From: Amoebophrya sp. A120
Lineage: Eukaryota > Protista > Dinoflagellata
Assembly (NCBI GenBank): GCA_905178155.1
Contig: CAJINV010000002.1
Span: 840,780-904,779, forward strand
Length of the DNA: 64,000 bases
Direction of reading: 5' to 3'
In this document: positions 34,996-46,449 of the stretch, one piece after another
Numbering within the stretch: the stretch's first letter is position 1
Layout: every line of letters starts with the position of its first letter
The notes under the pieces: generated by a model
What the model saw: the letters and a program-made list of their open reading frames with translations, nothing else
Database searches by the model: none
Told to the model about the DNA's origin: nothing
Position numbers and translations under genes: made by a program

Positions 34996-37050
34996 TCACA
35001 CGATCTGCCGTCCCAGCCGTTTCCCAATGTTGAGAATCACCTTCACTACGTTCTCATCCACAAAACATATCCAGTGCAAAAGTATCGCACTCGTAGTATT
35101 AATTGCAATCATGCATTACAAATCTCCTTTCCAAGGTAAAACAGCATGACAAATCTTATTTCTCATGCTGAGCAAATTTGTCATGCGATTTATACTAGTA
35201 CGATACTTTTATTGCATTGCATAAAACAAACGCACGAGCAATATCATCAACTGCAACCTTTCCGTTTGTACCCTTTGCCGATGATTGTCTTCCAAATGTC
35301 GCCAATCTCGACCCGCGTCGTAGATATTCAAGAAATATTCGCTGTTTTCCTTTTTGAAAACATCAGTGGCAAAGTCCAAAACCCGGGTAAGTAGCTGCTG
35401 GCAATACTCAATATTCGCTTCCAAATTGTCCAGAGCGAGCTTCTTCTCCCGTGCTTCGCCTGAAAGATGCTGAAGACTGTTGTTGTTCCCTGTAGTTGTA
35501 CTTGTAACACCACCGGTCTGAGAAAAATTACCTCCTGGTTTGAACATCTCAAAATCTCGAAACAGCGAGTCCAAGATCGGGAACATCTTTTCCAGCATGC
35601 TCGCCACCAATTTTTTCCCGTGGGTCAACGAGTTTTGATCGTGGAGCTGGGCACTGGCGGGAAGCCTTTTCGTCTTATTGGACAAATTGTACCAAATATT
35701 ATAGTACAACCGCAGCGCCTGCGTTGTCGTCAAATTCGACATGGCAGGGCTCCCGGGAAGGTCCTGCAACTCCGTAACCCCTGGGAGTCCCTTGTAGCAT
35801 AAGACTAACCATGTCAACCGCCACAGCACGTCCTGCGCGTCTTGGTCGTTGGTGTCATTGTTCATGTTCATCGTATTGCTGTTGCTCAAGTCAGACGGGG
35901 ATGATAAAGTTGACGTGGGCGTCGTTGACGCGAGGGTAGACACCGCTTTTGTCAACGAGAGGATTATCTCATGGTAGATGATCTTGTCTCCGGCTGGGTT
36001 CGAGTTCGTGCTGCCAGTACTATCAAATGCAAAAATGTCTGGGTCTGGAAGAGTGCAAGTTTGTCATGCTTGTCTGGCATGACTCGAGAATCTGTGTTGC
36101 ATAGGCACGAAAGAGCCATCCTAACTGTCATGCGAAAAGGCAGCTTGCCTTGCGGAATACGTAAGACATGGCAGCCACTACAAAATTTGTCATGCATAGC
36201 TGCGTATTGCGGCGCATCTATCATTCACTTTTAGCATTACAAGTTTCCAGACCCAGACATATTTGCATTTGATAAGTACTCGAAGCTGTGGTGTGATCCG
36301 CTGCGTTCATTTCCGCACCGGAAGTATAACAGTGCACAACTCCCCCTCTGCCTCATTTGTATAGCATGAACGGCAATACAAGCATCAGGAAGAGTGCCGG
36401 TCTTGCATGACAAATTTGCACTGGAGTACAGTGCTATTTGGGCTGCGAGATCTTGTCATGCAAACAGTGCCAACAGGCAAAGGGTGGATTGGGTATTTTG
36501 CATGACAAATGAGGGGGAGGGGGGGTTGTGCACTGTCATAGGAAGCGAGTTGCGCCGCGAAGTCTGGGTGATTGTCGCAGAGCCGGGACAAAATGTCTAG
36601 TAGTGTGTGGAGTTGCTCAAGTTTGAAATTTTTGAAGTTGATACCATGTTGCTGGTTTTGCTGCTGCATAACAAGATGAGTTATTCCCGCCTGCTGTTGT
36701 TGATGCTGTTGCACTTGGTTTATGAACGCGTCCCGGTACTCTTTCAACCTTCCCATCATGCTGCGAAAAATCGTGAGGATGATGTTTTTCATGTCGTTTG
36801 TGACGGTTTGCTTCGCGTTTAGCGGTAGTAGATCCATGATAACATCGTCGTTGTCTTGCAGCATAAAAGTCAGCATGGACAGTTGGTCTTCCAAAGGGCT
36901 CGTTGCTTGCTGCTGAGTACCATCGGCCAGGTTGAGCGCTGCATTTATTCCGCTTTGCTTCTTCTGCTTTTCCAAGTGGTCTTTTTGCTGGATTTGCTGC
37001 ACCACCATGGTGGTGGTGGTGCTGGAAGCGGCAGAGGCAGCGGCTGACAT
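34996..37050 (-). CDS. Gln-rich, helical hypothetical protein, 4 exons; 3' end uncertain
   Basis: ORFs 36385-37050 and 35209-35955 join in frame through a short exon (QLAS|GAEMNAADHTTASST|GSTNSNP). The stop is at ~35054 or ~34996 depending on the last splice. Confidence 0.65.
35068..35223. mobile_element. Introner family C
   Basis: TIRs, direct repeat AAACA. Confidence 0.85.
36021..36274. mobile_element. Introner family A
   Basis: TIRs, direct repeat AGTAC. Confidence 0.9.
36325..36540. mobile_element. Introner family D
   Basis: TIRs, direct repeat GGAAG. Confidence 0.88.
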
Positions 37051-38087
37051 GATGCCGGGCGGCGGGGTGTCAGTGTATTAAAGCCGCTATTTCATTGCTT
37101 TTTCTTTTTGTAAGGAAAAACAATGTAGCAATAAAAACACCACTAGCGCGGCCGCCTTGCATCTGGCTTTTCTACTATTAAATAAAGGAAGTGTTTGTAT
37201 TGTTCCACGGGGTATTAAGTGCGAGGTGTGAAATAAACTTCCAAATAGTAGAAAGAATGGCGGCAGTAGCGATTTTCGATTGAAAAAACCAAAATACTCA
37301 AGTCCGCTGTGTAAAATTTCGGCGACAAGAAGTGCTAGCAATAGCAAACGAGAGCAAGTGTGAAAGGAGCCCGAAAAAAAGACGGATAAATGGTTGAAAA
37401 ACTTTATTCACTTCCAGACCATAGATTTCGTAAAAGTTTTCGAGTCTCTACCTTTATCGAGATTTCTGTTTCCGTTCGTGGTCCTGTTTATTTCGGTATT
37501 TTTTCGCAAAGACCACGAGCAGGTCTTTGCCAATTGATTTTGCAGCTTGGCTGCAGCTGAGTGAGGAATCTGCTTTGGCGTGATCCAGCACATTTCATGC
37601 GTGAAGATTAGCGTCGGTATATCTCCTATTTCATTCAGCAAGGTAGGATGAGTGGACTTTACGTCGTCCAAAGTGTTGCTCTAGAAGTTCCCGGTCGACG
37701 GTGTCTTTAATTTGCAGCAGGGGAACATCACGATAGACATCTATCAGTGTGACAGAGGAGGATGTACAGTCGCGCTTGGTAGGACGCAACTTTGTTCCGC
37801 ACCCTCCACGACCAGCGGCACTTGCAAAAATGCCACTTAGCGTTAGCACTGGTTTTCCAACATAGTATAACATAATTAGTCCTTCACAACTTCTGTATTC
37901 TCACCAGGTTCTTCGACGCAAGAAACTCATTTGTTGCACCTTGTTGCCTAATACGTCTGCGTGGTGAATAAATTTATTGTCTTTGAAAACAAAGCTGCGG
38001 CTGTACGCGAAAATTCTCTTTCTCAAATCACCGGCAACGTCCAGAGCGTATCTTTTTCCTCCTCTGGCGTCTCCGCCAGCATCTTCA

Positions 38088-38343
38088 TATGCGTTGCAAA
38101 TATGTCTGGATCTGGAAACTTGTGATGCTGGTGGGAGAAAGACCAGCACACCTCAATTGGCTGCCAAGCATGACAAGTTTTGCAGATGCTTCAGCGTTGT
38201 CTATTCTGCATGACAAACCGGGCTTCTGCCTGAGAAAAGAACGGCGCTGTTTGGTAACGCGCAAGACAAACTTGAGAATCATGCTAGCAGAGCATGACAA
38301 ACCCTGCATCTATTTCCAGACCCAGACATATTTGCAATGCATA
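38088..38343. mobile_element. Introner family A variant
   Basis: TIRs TATGCxTTGCAAATATGTCTGG, direct repeat CTTCA. Confidence 0.88.
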
Positions 38344-38428
38344 CTTCAGTTGCAGCCCCAACAGCGTCTCTAACTCCGCGGCTTTCTGCTTGGCACCCTG
38401 CCTACTCGGAATGCTTGTCGTTGGCGAG

Positions 38429-38700
38429 TATGCATTGCAAATATGTCTGGGTCTGGAAGAATCCAAACTTGTCATGCAAACTCTGGATTACGCAAGAATC
38501 TGTGTTGCATGAAAGCCTCCAGAAGCTGTTCACTTTTTGAACTGCAAATAGCAAGCTTCTCATGCAGAGTCGGCATCAGGAGACCTGAACAAATCCGAGC
38601 TTCTCATGCTCTTGCGCGCATTCCAGAGCATCTGTGAGATCCAAAAGATGCATGACAAACTTGCAAACCCTTCCAGACCCCGACATGTTTGCAGTTGATA
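38429..38700. mobile_element. Introner family A variant
   Basis: TIRs, flanks GCGAG/GTGAG. Confidence 0.85.
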
Positions 38701-38969
38701 GTGAGCTCCTTGCGTCGATGTGCTTTGTTTGGTGCTCGGTGTACTGATTTAAAACCAGTTTCACCTTTTCTAGCCGGGATTTACTTTGAGAAGACGCGGT
38801 TTTCGCCGTGGTAGTCTCTTTCGACACTTTGTCTTGCATTTCCGTTGTAGTACCTGCTGCTTCTGCCCCCTGTACAACTTCTCCTGAAGTACTACTCGTA
38901 CCACAAGCCCCCGTGCTGGTTCCAGCAGCTGACACGGTGGATTCGATCGCCTGGTCTAGAATTTTCGCC

Positions 38970-39115
38970 TATTCTGTGCAAAAGTATCGTCCTCGTATTG
39001 CAAAATCACGCATTGCAAATCTTTTTCGTAAGGTAAATCCGCATTACAGATTTTATCTCTCATGCTAAGGAAATTTGTAATGCATTTCTAGAGTACTATA
39101 CTTTTGCAGTTCATA
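38970..39115. mobile_element. Introner family C
   Basis: TIRs, flanks TCGCC/TCACC. Confidence 0.85.
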
Positions 39116-39304
39116 TCACCAAATCCTCCACAAACCCCGCGTGTCGCAAATTCTGCTTCTCCAAATTGTCCGGCAAAACAAAAACTCGCCATACAGGACC
39201 AAGCAGTCGCGTTTAGAATTCTTTAGATTTCAACCACTGGTGGTTCCATGGCGGACTTAAACTTATAGCTGTGCTTTAACTCGTCCGCACAGAGAATTCC
39301 AACC

Positions 39305-40985
39305 TCAAGCCCCCGGTACTTTCGCCAATTTCTTCCAGCTTTTCCCGCTGTTTTTCTTCGCCAGCGAGACCATCAACGATGCGTTTTTGTCCGTTAAATA
39401 CCACGTGCAATCGTCCACGTCGACGGAATCGAATAGAGAAGCTTTAAAAACCGAGACCTTGTCGTACAACACTTCTAAATTCTGCGTTTTAAAAACCACC
39501 TTGACTTTCTTTTTATCATAAGACGTCGGTTTGGTCTCCTGGTCCTCAAAGCTGATCGCCGACAGCGGGAAAGAAACTTCCAATTCTGATCCAGCGTCCC
39601 GCCACTCGTAGAGAATTGCGCCTTCGGATTTGTTGGTTGTCTCGACCCCGTCTTTCGTTCTATAAACGACGTTTTCTTTCGGGGAAGTGTCCTGACTTCC
39701 AGTTGTAATCGCCTGCTGCCCCATGCCAGGAAGGTTCATCAGGTTGGCGAGGTTCGGGTTCTGCTGCTGGTACTGTTGCTGCATGTCTTGCGCGGTCGAC
39801 TTGGTTTTGATTTGGTGCGCCGCAGCCTTGGCCCAGTCGCAGGTCAGGCTGTTGTTTTAGATTTCATGTTTGCAAATTTAAATTTGTGTTGCAGAAGACC
39901 ATCTGTCATGAACGAGAGTTAGTATTTTTACAGATCTGAACAGTTAGTTTATTACAGATCAAAAAAGATTCTGTTCCCAACATTGCAGCGAATCTAAATC
40001 ATCAAACATTTTCTATACCTCATATCCGTCAGTTTGAAATCCCTTCTCTTCCAAATGTCATCCTTCTCTGAATCTTCCACCCGACCTATCCTGAGTAAAA
40101 ACGTACCCACACCAGAGTCAGGATGAGGATTTTGCAACACAAACCTAGGAGTTTTGTGAGTCACGCATGACAAGTTGCACTATGCAGTGTAGTGCAGGTT
40201 AGCAAGTGCAGCCGCATCACAGATTCATCTGCTCATCCTGTTCACAGCATCACAAATTCCAAAACACGATTGGAAATGGCTCTCATGGGGATGCGCATTA
40301 CAAGTCTTCCTGTCTTTGCGAATCTGCATTACAACTCTGGTGTGGGTACGTTTTTACTCAGGATATGACCTAGAAACGCATCCCCGTGGAAAATCTGCCC
40401 GTAGCCGATTTGGTTCACAAAATCCGTGACCCGCGTATTTTTCGGGAGTTTTTTCGCGATGCCCTTATCGTCGACATAAACGTTCACGCCGATGTGCTTC
40501 GACTTTTCCGTTGGTAAACACAAAGGGAAGATGTCCACGGTTTGCATCAGGGTGATTTGTTCCATCATTTCCGGCGAGAGGTTGTTGATCTGGTCCGCGG
40601 AAATCCCCACATCGGGTTGTCCTTTTGCAGCAGCAGCCTTTCCCGCATCAGCAGCATTGTTGTTTTTCTTCGTATGAGAAAGCAGATTCTGCTTTAATAC
40701 GTCTTTATCCACGGTTGCGACCTCTCCGTCCACGTTCGCGGTGGATTTCGCGAAGTGTTTTTTCAGCAACTCAATAAACCCGTCTTCTCCTAGTTCCGCG
40801 ACGCCGTGGAATTCCAGTTCCTCAATCGGATCGGTTGCGACCGCGGGGACGTAGAGGTACTTGAAAGTGGAAGGTTTGGGCTTCGCCTCCGGGTCGTGGC
40901 CGGTGACTTCTTTGATATTGTCCAGCGTCATGTTGTGCAAGTCTTTCGCCATCTTGTCCATTGCGGGGGACGTGGTGGAGGGCAT
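39305..40985 (-). CDS. CS (p23/NudC-like, HSP20-fold) domain protein
   Basis: C-terminal YEWRD..ELEVSFPL...KVKVVFKTQNLEV...LFDSVDVDDCTWYL...LMVSLAKK..W. One family E introner (DAFLG|RVEDSE) and one GT-AG intron (~39849-40018). Confidence 0.8.
40087..40365. mobile_element. Introner family E
   Basis: ~32-bp TIRs, flanks CGACC/TGACC. Confidence 0.9.
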
Positions 40986-41988
40986 GATTTAGGCTATGTG
41001 TTTGGGTTTTCGAGAGATAAAAGATCGTGCTGTAGCGAAGATGAAAAGGGCTGCGTTAAAAAAGTTTGAAAAAAGAATCTGTATTACGGTAACAGGAGTA
41101 AAGAAGGGGACTTGTTTTTCCTGCGGCCGCGAATGCGTATCAAAAGCAGAACTAAATTTTAATGTATGCGTCGTTACAAGATCCTGTTGAAACAGAAACA
41201 GCTCGCAAATGAACTTGGTTTTCTTGTTCGGATCGCGGCAGCCGGGTCTGTAACATATCACGACCACGCAATCGGATCCATTTTGTACTTTTGCAGATCT
41301 GCTTGGAGGTATGATCGGTTTTATTGGATCCAAGTCAATTTTAAGAACCATTGTGTCCTGGTTCTTTAGATTGATCTTTTTTGGTTTGGTTTTTTCTTTT
41401 CGCACAAAATTTCTATCGCCTTTAGTAGAAGATGAGCTTGACGATCGCATTTCATCTCAGACCACCGCTTATCTTCATTGCTGTTTCTTGTACGTACTTG
41501 ATATCAGGCTGTTTAGATTTGTTCCTTCTGAAGGCTACTGAAGCTTTAATCAAATTTTGTACATACCTAAACGGGCAGACATTCCAAAACTAAACATCGT
41601 TTTTGCTAAAGATACAGATCCATTTCTCAAGTTGGTACAACACTACGGATACGCCTTGCTATTCTTAGATTTCTTTATTATTTGTACAGAAAGGGCTGGA
41701 GGAATTTACAATTTCTTCGATCGCGGTTATAGAGTGAGACACATAATATTAATAAAAACTCTGAAGACGTAATTTTGAAATAAAACGAAACTTCTAACTG
41801 TAATCGTAATGCGAAACTGAAACGGTAAACCTGTTTGTTATCTTTAGCGATTTAGAAAATCGAAATGCGTCTAGAACAGAACTGCAGTGTACTTGTACAA
41901 GACAGGCAGCGTTGTACTACCAGCCACTAAATCCTACAGTGAAAAGAACCGCGCCTTGCAGCGGTTCAACGACCGTCACAATCCCTAC

Positions 41989-44900
41989 CTACTTCCCGCC
42001 ACCACCATTCATGACACCAATCGACACCGTCCCTTCTCCATTTACATTTTCCGCTTTCGGCACGGCGTATTTTTCCGAGAAATACCGACAAAATTCCTTC
42101 GCCAGCTCGTCCCGGCAGAACTTTATGTCGCTGTAAATCACCTCGAGGATGTCCTGCTCGGATATGGCCTGCTCAAACGTGGTTACAATCTTAAGCGTTA
42201 CAATAGAATCTGGAATTTGTATTACATGAAGAGCATGATGAACGCAGAGAGAATTGAGCTTTTCGCAATACAAATTTTGCCGGATTTCAGGTGGGTTTGG
42301 GACTCCGAAACTCGTCATGCACAGTCCTATGATAGTAGGCTACCTAGATCATGCAGCTCTTGCATCACAGATTTCCAGATTCTATTGTAACAGTTGAGAT
42401 TGTAACGTCTGAGCGGGTCATATCGGAGATTTTAACTTTCGCAGCTGAATTCTTCCTCTCCATGTGCTGCCTCGTCGCATTCGTCAACAACTTCATTTTC
42501 GGCAAGTAGTAACTGTAGTAGTTTTCGCTCAGCCACGAGCAAACCTTTGCGTTCAGCGTGATTTCGTCTAATAAACCTTCCGCGGTTCTTCCGGCGGTGC
42601 CTTGCTCCAGAGAGATCGTGCTGTTTTGGAGCAAAGCCGTGTGCTTCTTCTATCCTGAGTAAAAACGTACCCACACCAGAGTCAAGATGGAAAATCTGCT
42701 AGACAAATCGGCCAACTTTGCTTGTTTCGCATGACAAATTTGGACGCGAAGTGTAGTGCTGTTTGAGCTAGTTCAGCAGCATTACAGATCTAGTCTTTCA
42801 TGCTGATTGGAGCATGACAAATTTCAAAACACCCTTAGAAAATGCTTCTCATGGGGCTCCGCATGACAAACATTTTAAGCATGCAGATTTGCATGACAAC
42901 TATGGTGTGGGTACGTTTTTACTCAGGATATCTTCATGTAGTTGACGATGTAGTCCCATGCTCTGCAAAAGTATCGTACTCGTAGTCGTACTAATTGCAA
43001 ATATACATGACAATCATCATCCTCATTCAAAACAGCATTACAAATTTTGTCATGCTGAGCTAATCTGTAATGCAATTTATGCTAGTACGTTACTTTTGCA
43101 CAGGATAAATCCAACAATTCCTCCTGTTCATCCAGCCGCATCTGACGGAGTTTTGCTTCTTTGTCTTGCTGCTCCGCGTCCGGAACTGCATTGGATTCTT
43201 CTTCTTGCACGTTCTGCATCAACTGTGTGGAGGTGTTCTTGGAATTTTGCGTGGAGGAAGAAGCCGTCGTTGGCGGATGGGAGGAAGAAGAAGACCTGGA
43301 TGATTGCAACAGAAGCAGATCACGAAGAAGCGTACCACCTGGAAGGTTGGAGGGCGGGAGGAAGACCATCATTTTTTCCTCCGACTGCTTAGTTGTCTTC
43401 GTGGCTTGCTCCTGATTCCGATCGCTCCACATGTTGTTATTTGTTTCGTCCCCGATATTAGGAGCACCAGAGCCAGACTGCCCCGTTTGCAGCTGCAGCT
43501 CGTGCCTCCCTGCTCCGGCGCGCGGCGTGGTTCTGTAATCTTCATCATACCCGAGCCCTGGCGGCGCCTCTGTAATTCTTCCCGGTACTGCAGCAGCACC
43601 AGCTGCACCATCTACTTTGCGTGCAGCATCGTCTACTTTGCGTGCGCGTTCCGCGGTATAATCATAACTGCTCGTGGTCCTCGGGTCGTAGTAGTTGAGC
43701 CGACCTCTTTGAACCCAGTCGAAAAAGTCCGGACCAGGATCGAAGAAGTATTCGACAGAGGACGTTTTTTTGACTGCAACAATAGTTCTTCGGCCGCAAG
43801 ATGTTGTGCCGCTTGTACTACTTGGTCCACCTTTTTCGTACCACCAGAACCAGTTACACGACGCGTACGACGGAGTGTGCTGGTCTTCTTGCCAAAGCCA
43901 AGCGTGGTAATTGTAGTTGTGCCCGTAGAAGTTTTTCATCTCCTTCTCCGGGAGGTGCATTTGATATTCCACCTCCCCCTGCTGTTGCAGCCGGTAGTTC
44001 CAGGGCGGAACCCACCGCTGTCTCTTCTTGGGAGAGACACTTTGGGAGTAGACACCTCCAGCTCCTCCGCAGTTATAATTAGCGTGTCGGCTGCTCGACG
44101 TTCCCGTCAATCCAGCGTAGATTTCATTTTTCGCGTACTTCTGTTGTTTGACGGCGGAAATTATGAACTGCAAAAGTATCGTACTCGTAGTAATTGCAGT
44201 CATGCATTACAAATCTTCTTCTTAAAGGTAAATCAGCATTACAAATTTTATCTCTCATGCTGAGGAAATTTGTAATGCATTTATACGAGTACGATACTTT
44301 TGCACAGGATAGAAATTGCTTCTTGCTGCTTCTGCTGTTTCTCCTTTTTCTCTTCCAGACTCTTCTCATCGAGCTCCGCGAGGAGGGAATCGAGGAGGGA
44401 CTTTTTAGGTTCATCTTCTGCTACAAGTTCATCATCTGCCGGTGGGAACAACGTGCTGCTAGCAGCTTCTGCTTCTGGAGCGCGCACCACTTCTACTTCA
44501 TCTTCATCCGTACGAGACGATGAACCAGCACTTTGTTGCAACAGGTGTAGGATCGAGATGTGTTGCGATTGTTCCGGAGGAATGACATCATCCTGTTTTT
44601 CGGGTTCTCTTTCTTCTACGAAGACTTCAAGCTGCCCCGGTTCGACACCCACATAATTTTCGTTAGCCACAGAAGCGGCATCTCGACGTTGTTCAACACT
44701 GGAAGTGCAACTACTCGACGCATGAGACGGTCCTGGAGGCAGGGTGGAAGTCGTGGGTTCTTTCGCAAAAACTTTGGTGCTTATTTCCCCTTCTCGTCCT
44801 TCACCTTTCTTCAATTTCTCCGCAAGCTGCACCCCAAAAATCTTCGCTGTTTCATCCGCGGTCGCAGCCACCGGCGAGCTGGTGGTGCGGAAGAAGTGAC

Positions 44901-45444
44901 AGGTGGAATCCGAGAGTTGCAGCATGAAACGCGGCCGCTCTTTCAATTCTTGCCCTGCTGTTCCCTCAGCTGCGACTGGTGCGGACTCCCTGCTAATAAA
45001 CAACCCCGTCGTGGTTCCGCAGCGCGGCTCTTTGATCGAGTTGCGTAAAACATTCGTTTTTAAATTCAAAGCGACACACTCCTGCAGTTCCCGCTTTGCT
45101 ACAGGCACGGATTTCTTATTTCTGCCGCTCTTCACGCCACCGCCATCAGAGGGGGCATCTTTACTTTTCTTGCCCGTGGTGGTCGCAATTACGGTCGAAG
45201 CAGAAATTGTCGGCTCGGAGGTGAAGTGTTTCTGCTGCGCGTCAAGGCTAGTTTTCGATCCGTTTGTTGCGAAGCTGCTTCCGGAAGATTGTTTCGAAGA
45301 AGAGCTCTTCTTGCTGCCAGTATTGCTGCTCGACTTCCTTGAGCTACACACCGTTTGCCAGTCATCAGTGTCCTCCCGCGCGACGTGAGTCTGGAGGTTG
45401 AAGAGAAATTGTTCCGCCGTCGTGGCTTGTTCTTGATGTTCCAT
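41989..45444 (-). CDS. Hypothetical low-complexity protein, 5 exons
   Basis: MEHQEQ...EAIS|AVKQQK...ELLD|YIVNYMK|KHTALLQN...VKIS|EQDILEVIY...GGGGK*; in frame after removing four TIR elements. Confidence 0.7.
42163..42422. mobile_element. Introner family G with long (~75 bp) imperfect TIRs
   Basis: TATGGCCTGCTCAAACG...GTTACAATAGAATCTGGAA / TTCCAGATTCTATTGTAAC...CGTCTGAGCGGGTCATA; direct repeat TCGGA. Confidence 0.85.
42651..42930. mobile_element. Introner family E
   Basis: TIRs, direct repeat TCTTC. Confidence 0.9.
42957..43107. mobile_element. Introner family C
   Basis: TIRs, flanks AGTCC/AATCC; leaves a ~26-bp micro-exon next to the family E copy. Confidence 0.82.
44162..44311. mobile_element. 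Introner family C
   Basis: TIRs, direct repeat GAAAT. Confidence 0.9.
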
Positions 45445-46449
45445 CCTGTATTTATTCCTTTTTACCGATTTAACAAAAACGGCGTAAAAAATCTTTCGGG
45501 TCGTCCTCGCGCTTAATGGAACATACTCTTCCGATGGAACTAAGTACAACAAAAGGTCTTCGTCTTGTGCAAACACGACCACGAGAATGAACGAGTATGC
45601 TTTCGAGGAATCATGCGAGAAAGCGACACGACCACTTAAGACGAACCGCTCACTGCGAATACGTTGCTTTGTTCTATACGAATGCGAATAGACCACGAGA
45701 AGCTTAGCGACTTTAGCGAGGCGAATTGTACTGAGCAAGGGGATCGATCTTGTCGGCACGATCACGATCTAGATTTGAGCCAGCACGACGAAAAGATTTT
45801 CAGAAAACTTTATCTTCAAATTTTTTCGCTTCCAACATCCGCGAGTTGAACGAACACCGCCCCATTTTGGCATACACACGTATCACAATATCGCCCTTTC
45901 GGAACTTCTACTATTAATACGGCTTGAAAATTTTTACCGACCCACATCTGTAGCTTTCGGCTGCATGGAATGTTTGGCGTGCTTGTTGAATCTGAAGGAA
46001 TAGTCAACTCGCTAAAAAATCGCGTTCGAATTTTGACTTTCGGTAGTATTGTTTCTTGTGTGCTATCGGTGTAGTTCATTTTTACCATGCATGAGTCTCA
46101 TTCTACTATTGAATGCCTAGAAGACGCTTCGTAAAAAAGCCGATCTAGAAGTAGCTAGCCAGGTAGAGAAAACGAAACCATTCCAATAAAGCAGAAAACT
46201 CGGTGCTTTCTCTGATTCAATTATATGTCGTGCGCATGCAATTCCAACTTCATGTGTTTTTTCTTACTTGATCATGTTGTGCCAGGGTAAAGTTTGTTTT
46301 TCTCATTCGTAAATAAGGTGCAGAACTTTATTGATATCGTAAAGAAACGTAATGCTCCATGTATTAACTCTACTGCTCGCATGAACTGGTACACAGCTAC
46401 TGTATCAACATCGCCGATACATCGTTCTTTCACCCCTCTACAACCGTCC

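Larger units (their letters stand above)
37631..39249 (-). pseudogene. Probable disrupted gene with three introners and an F-box-like motif
   Basis: Exons join in frame (VEDLV|KILDQAIES...RSS|PTTSIP...LQLK|MLAETPEEE). There is an in-frame TAA near the 5' end and an apparent frameshift in WTLP/xDLRKRIFAY near 38030. Confidence 0.4.
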
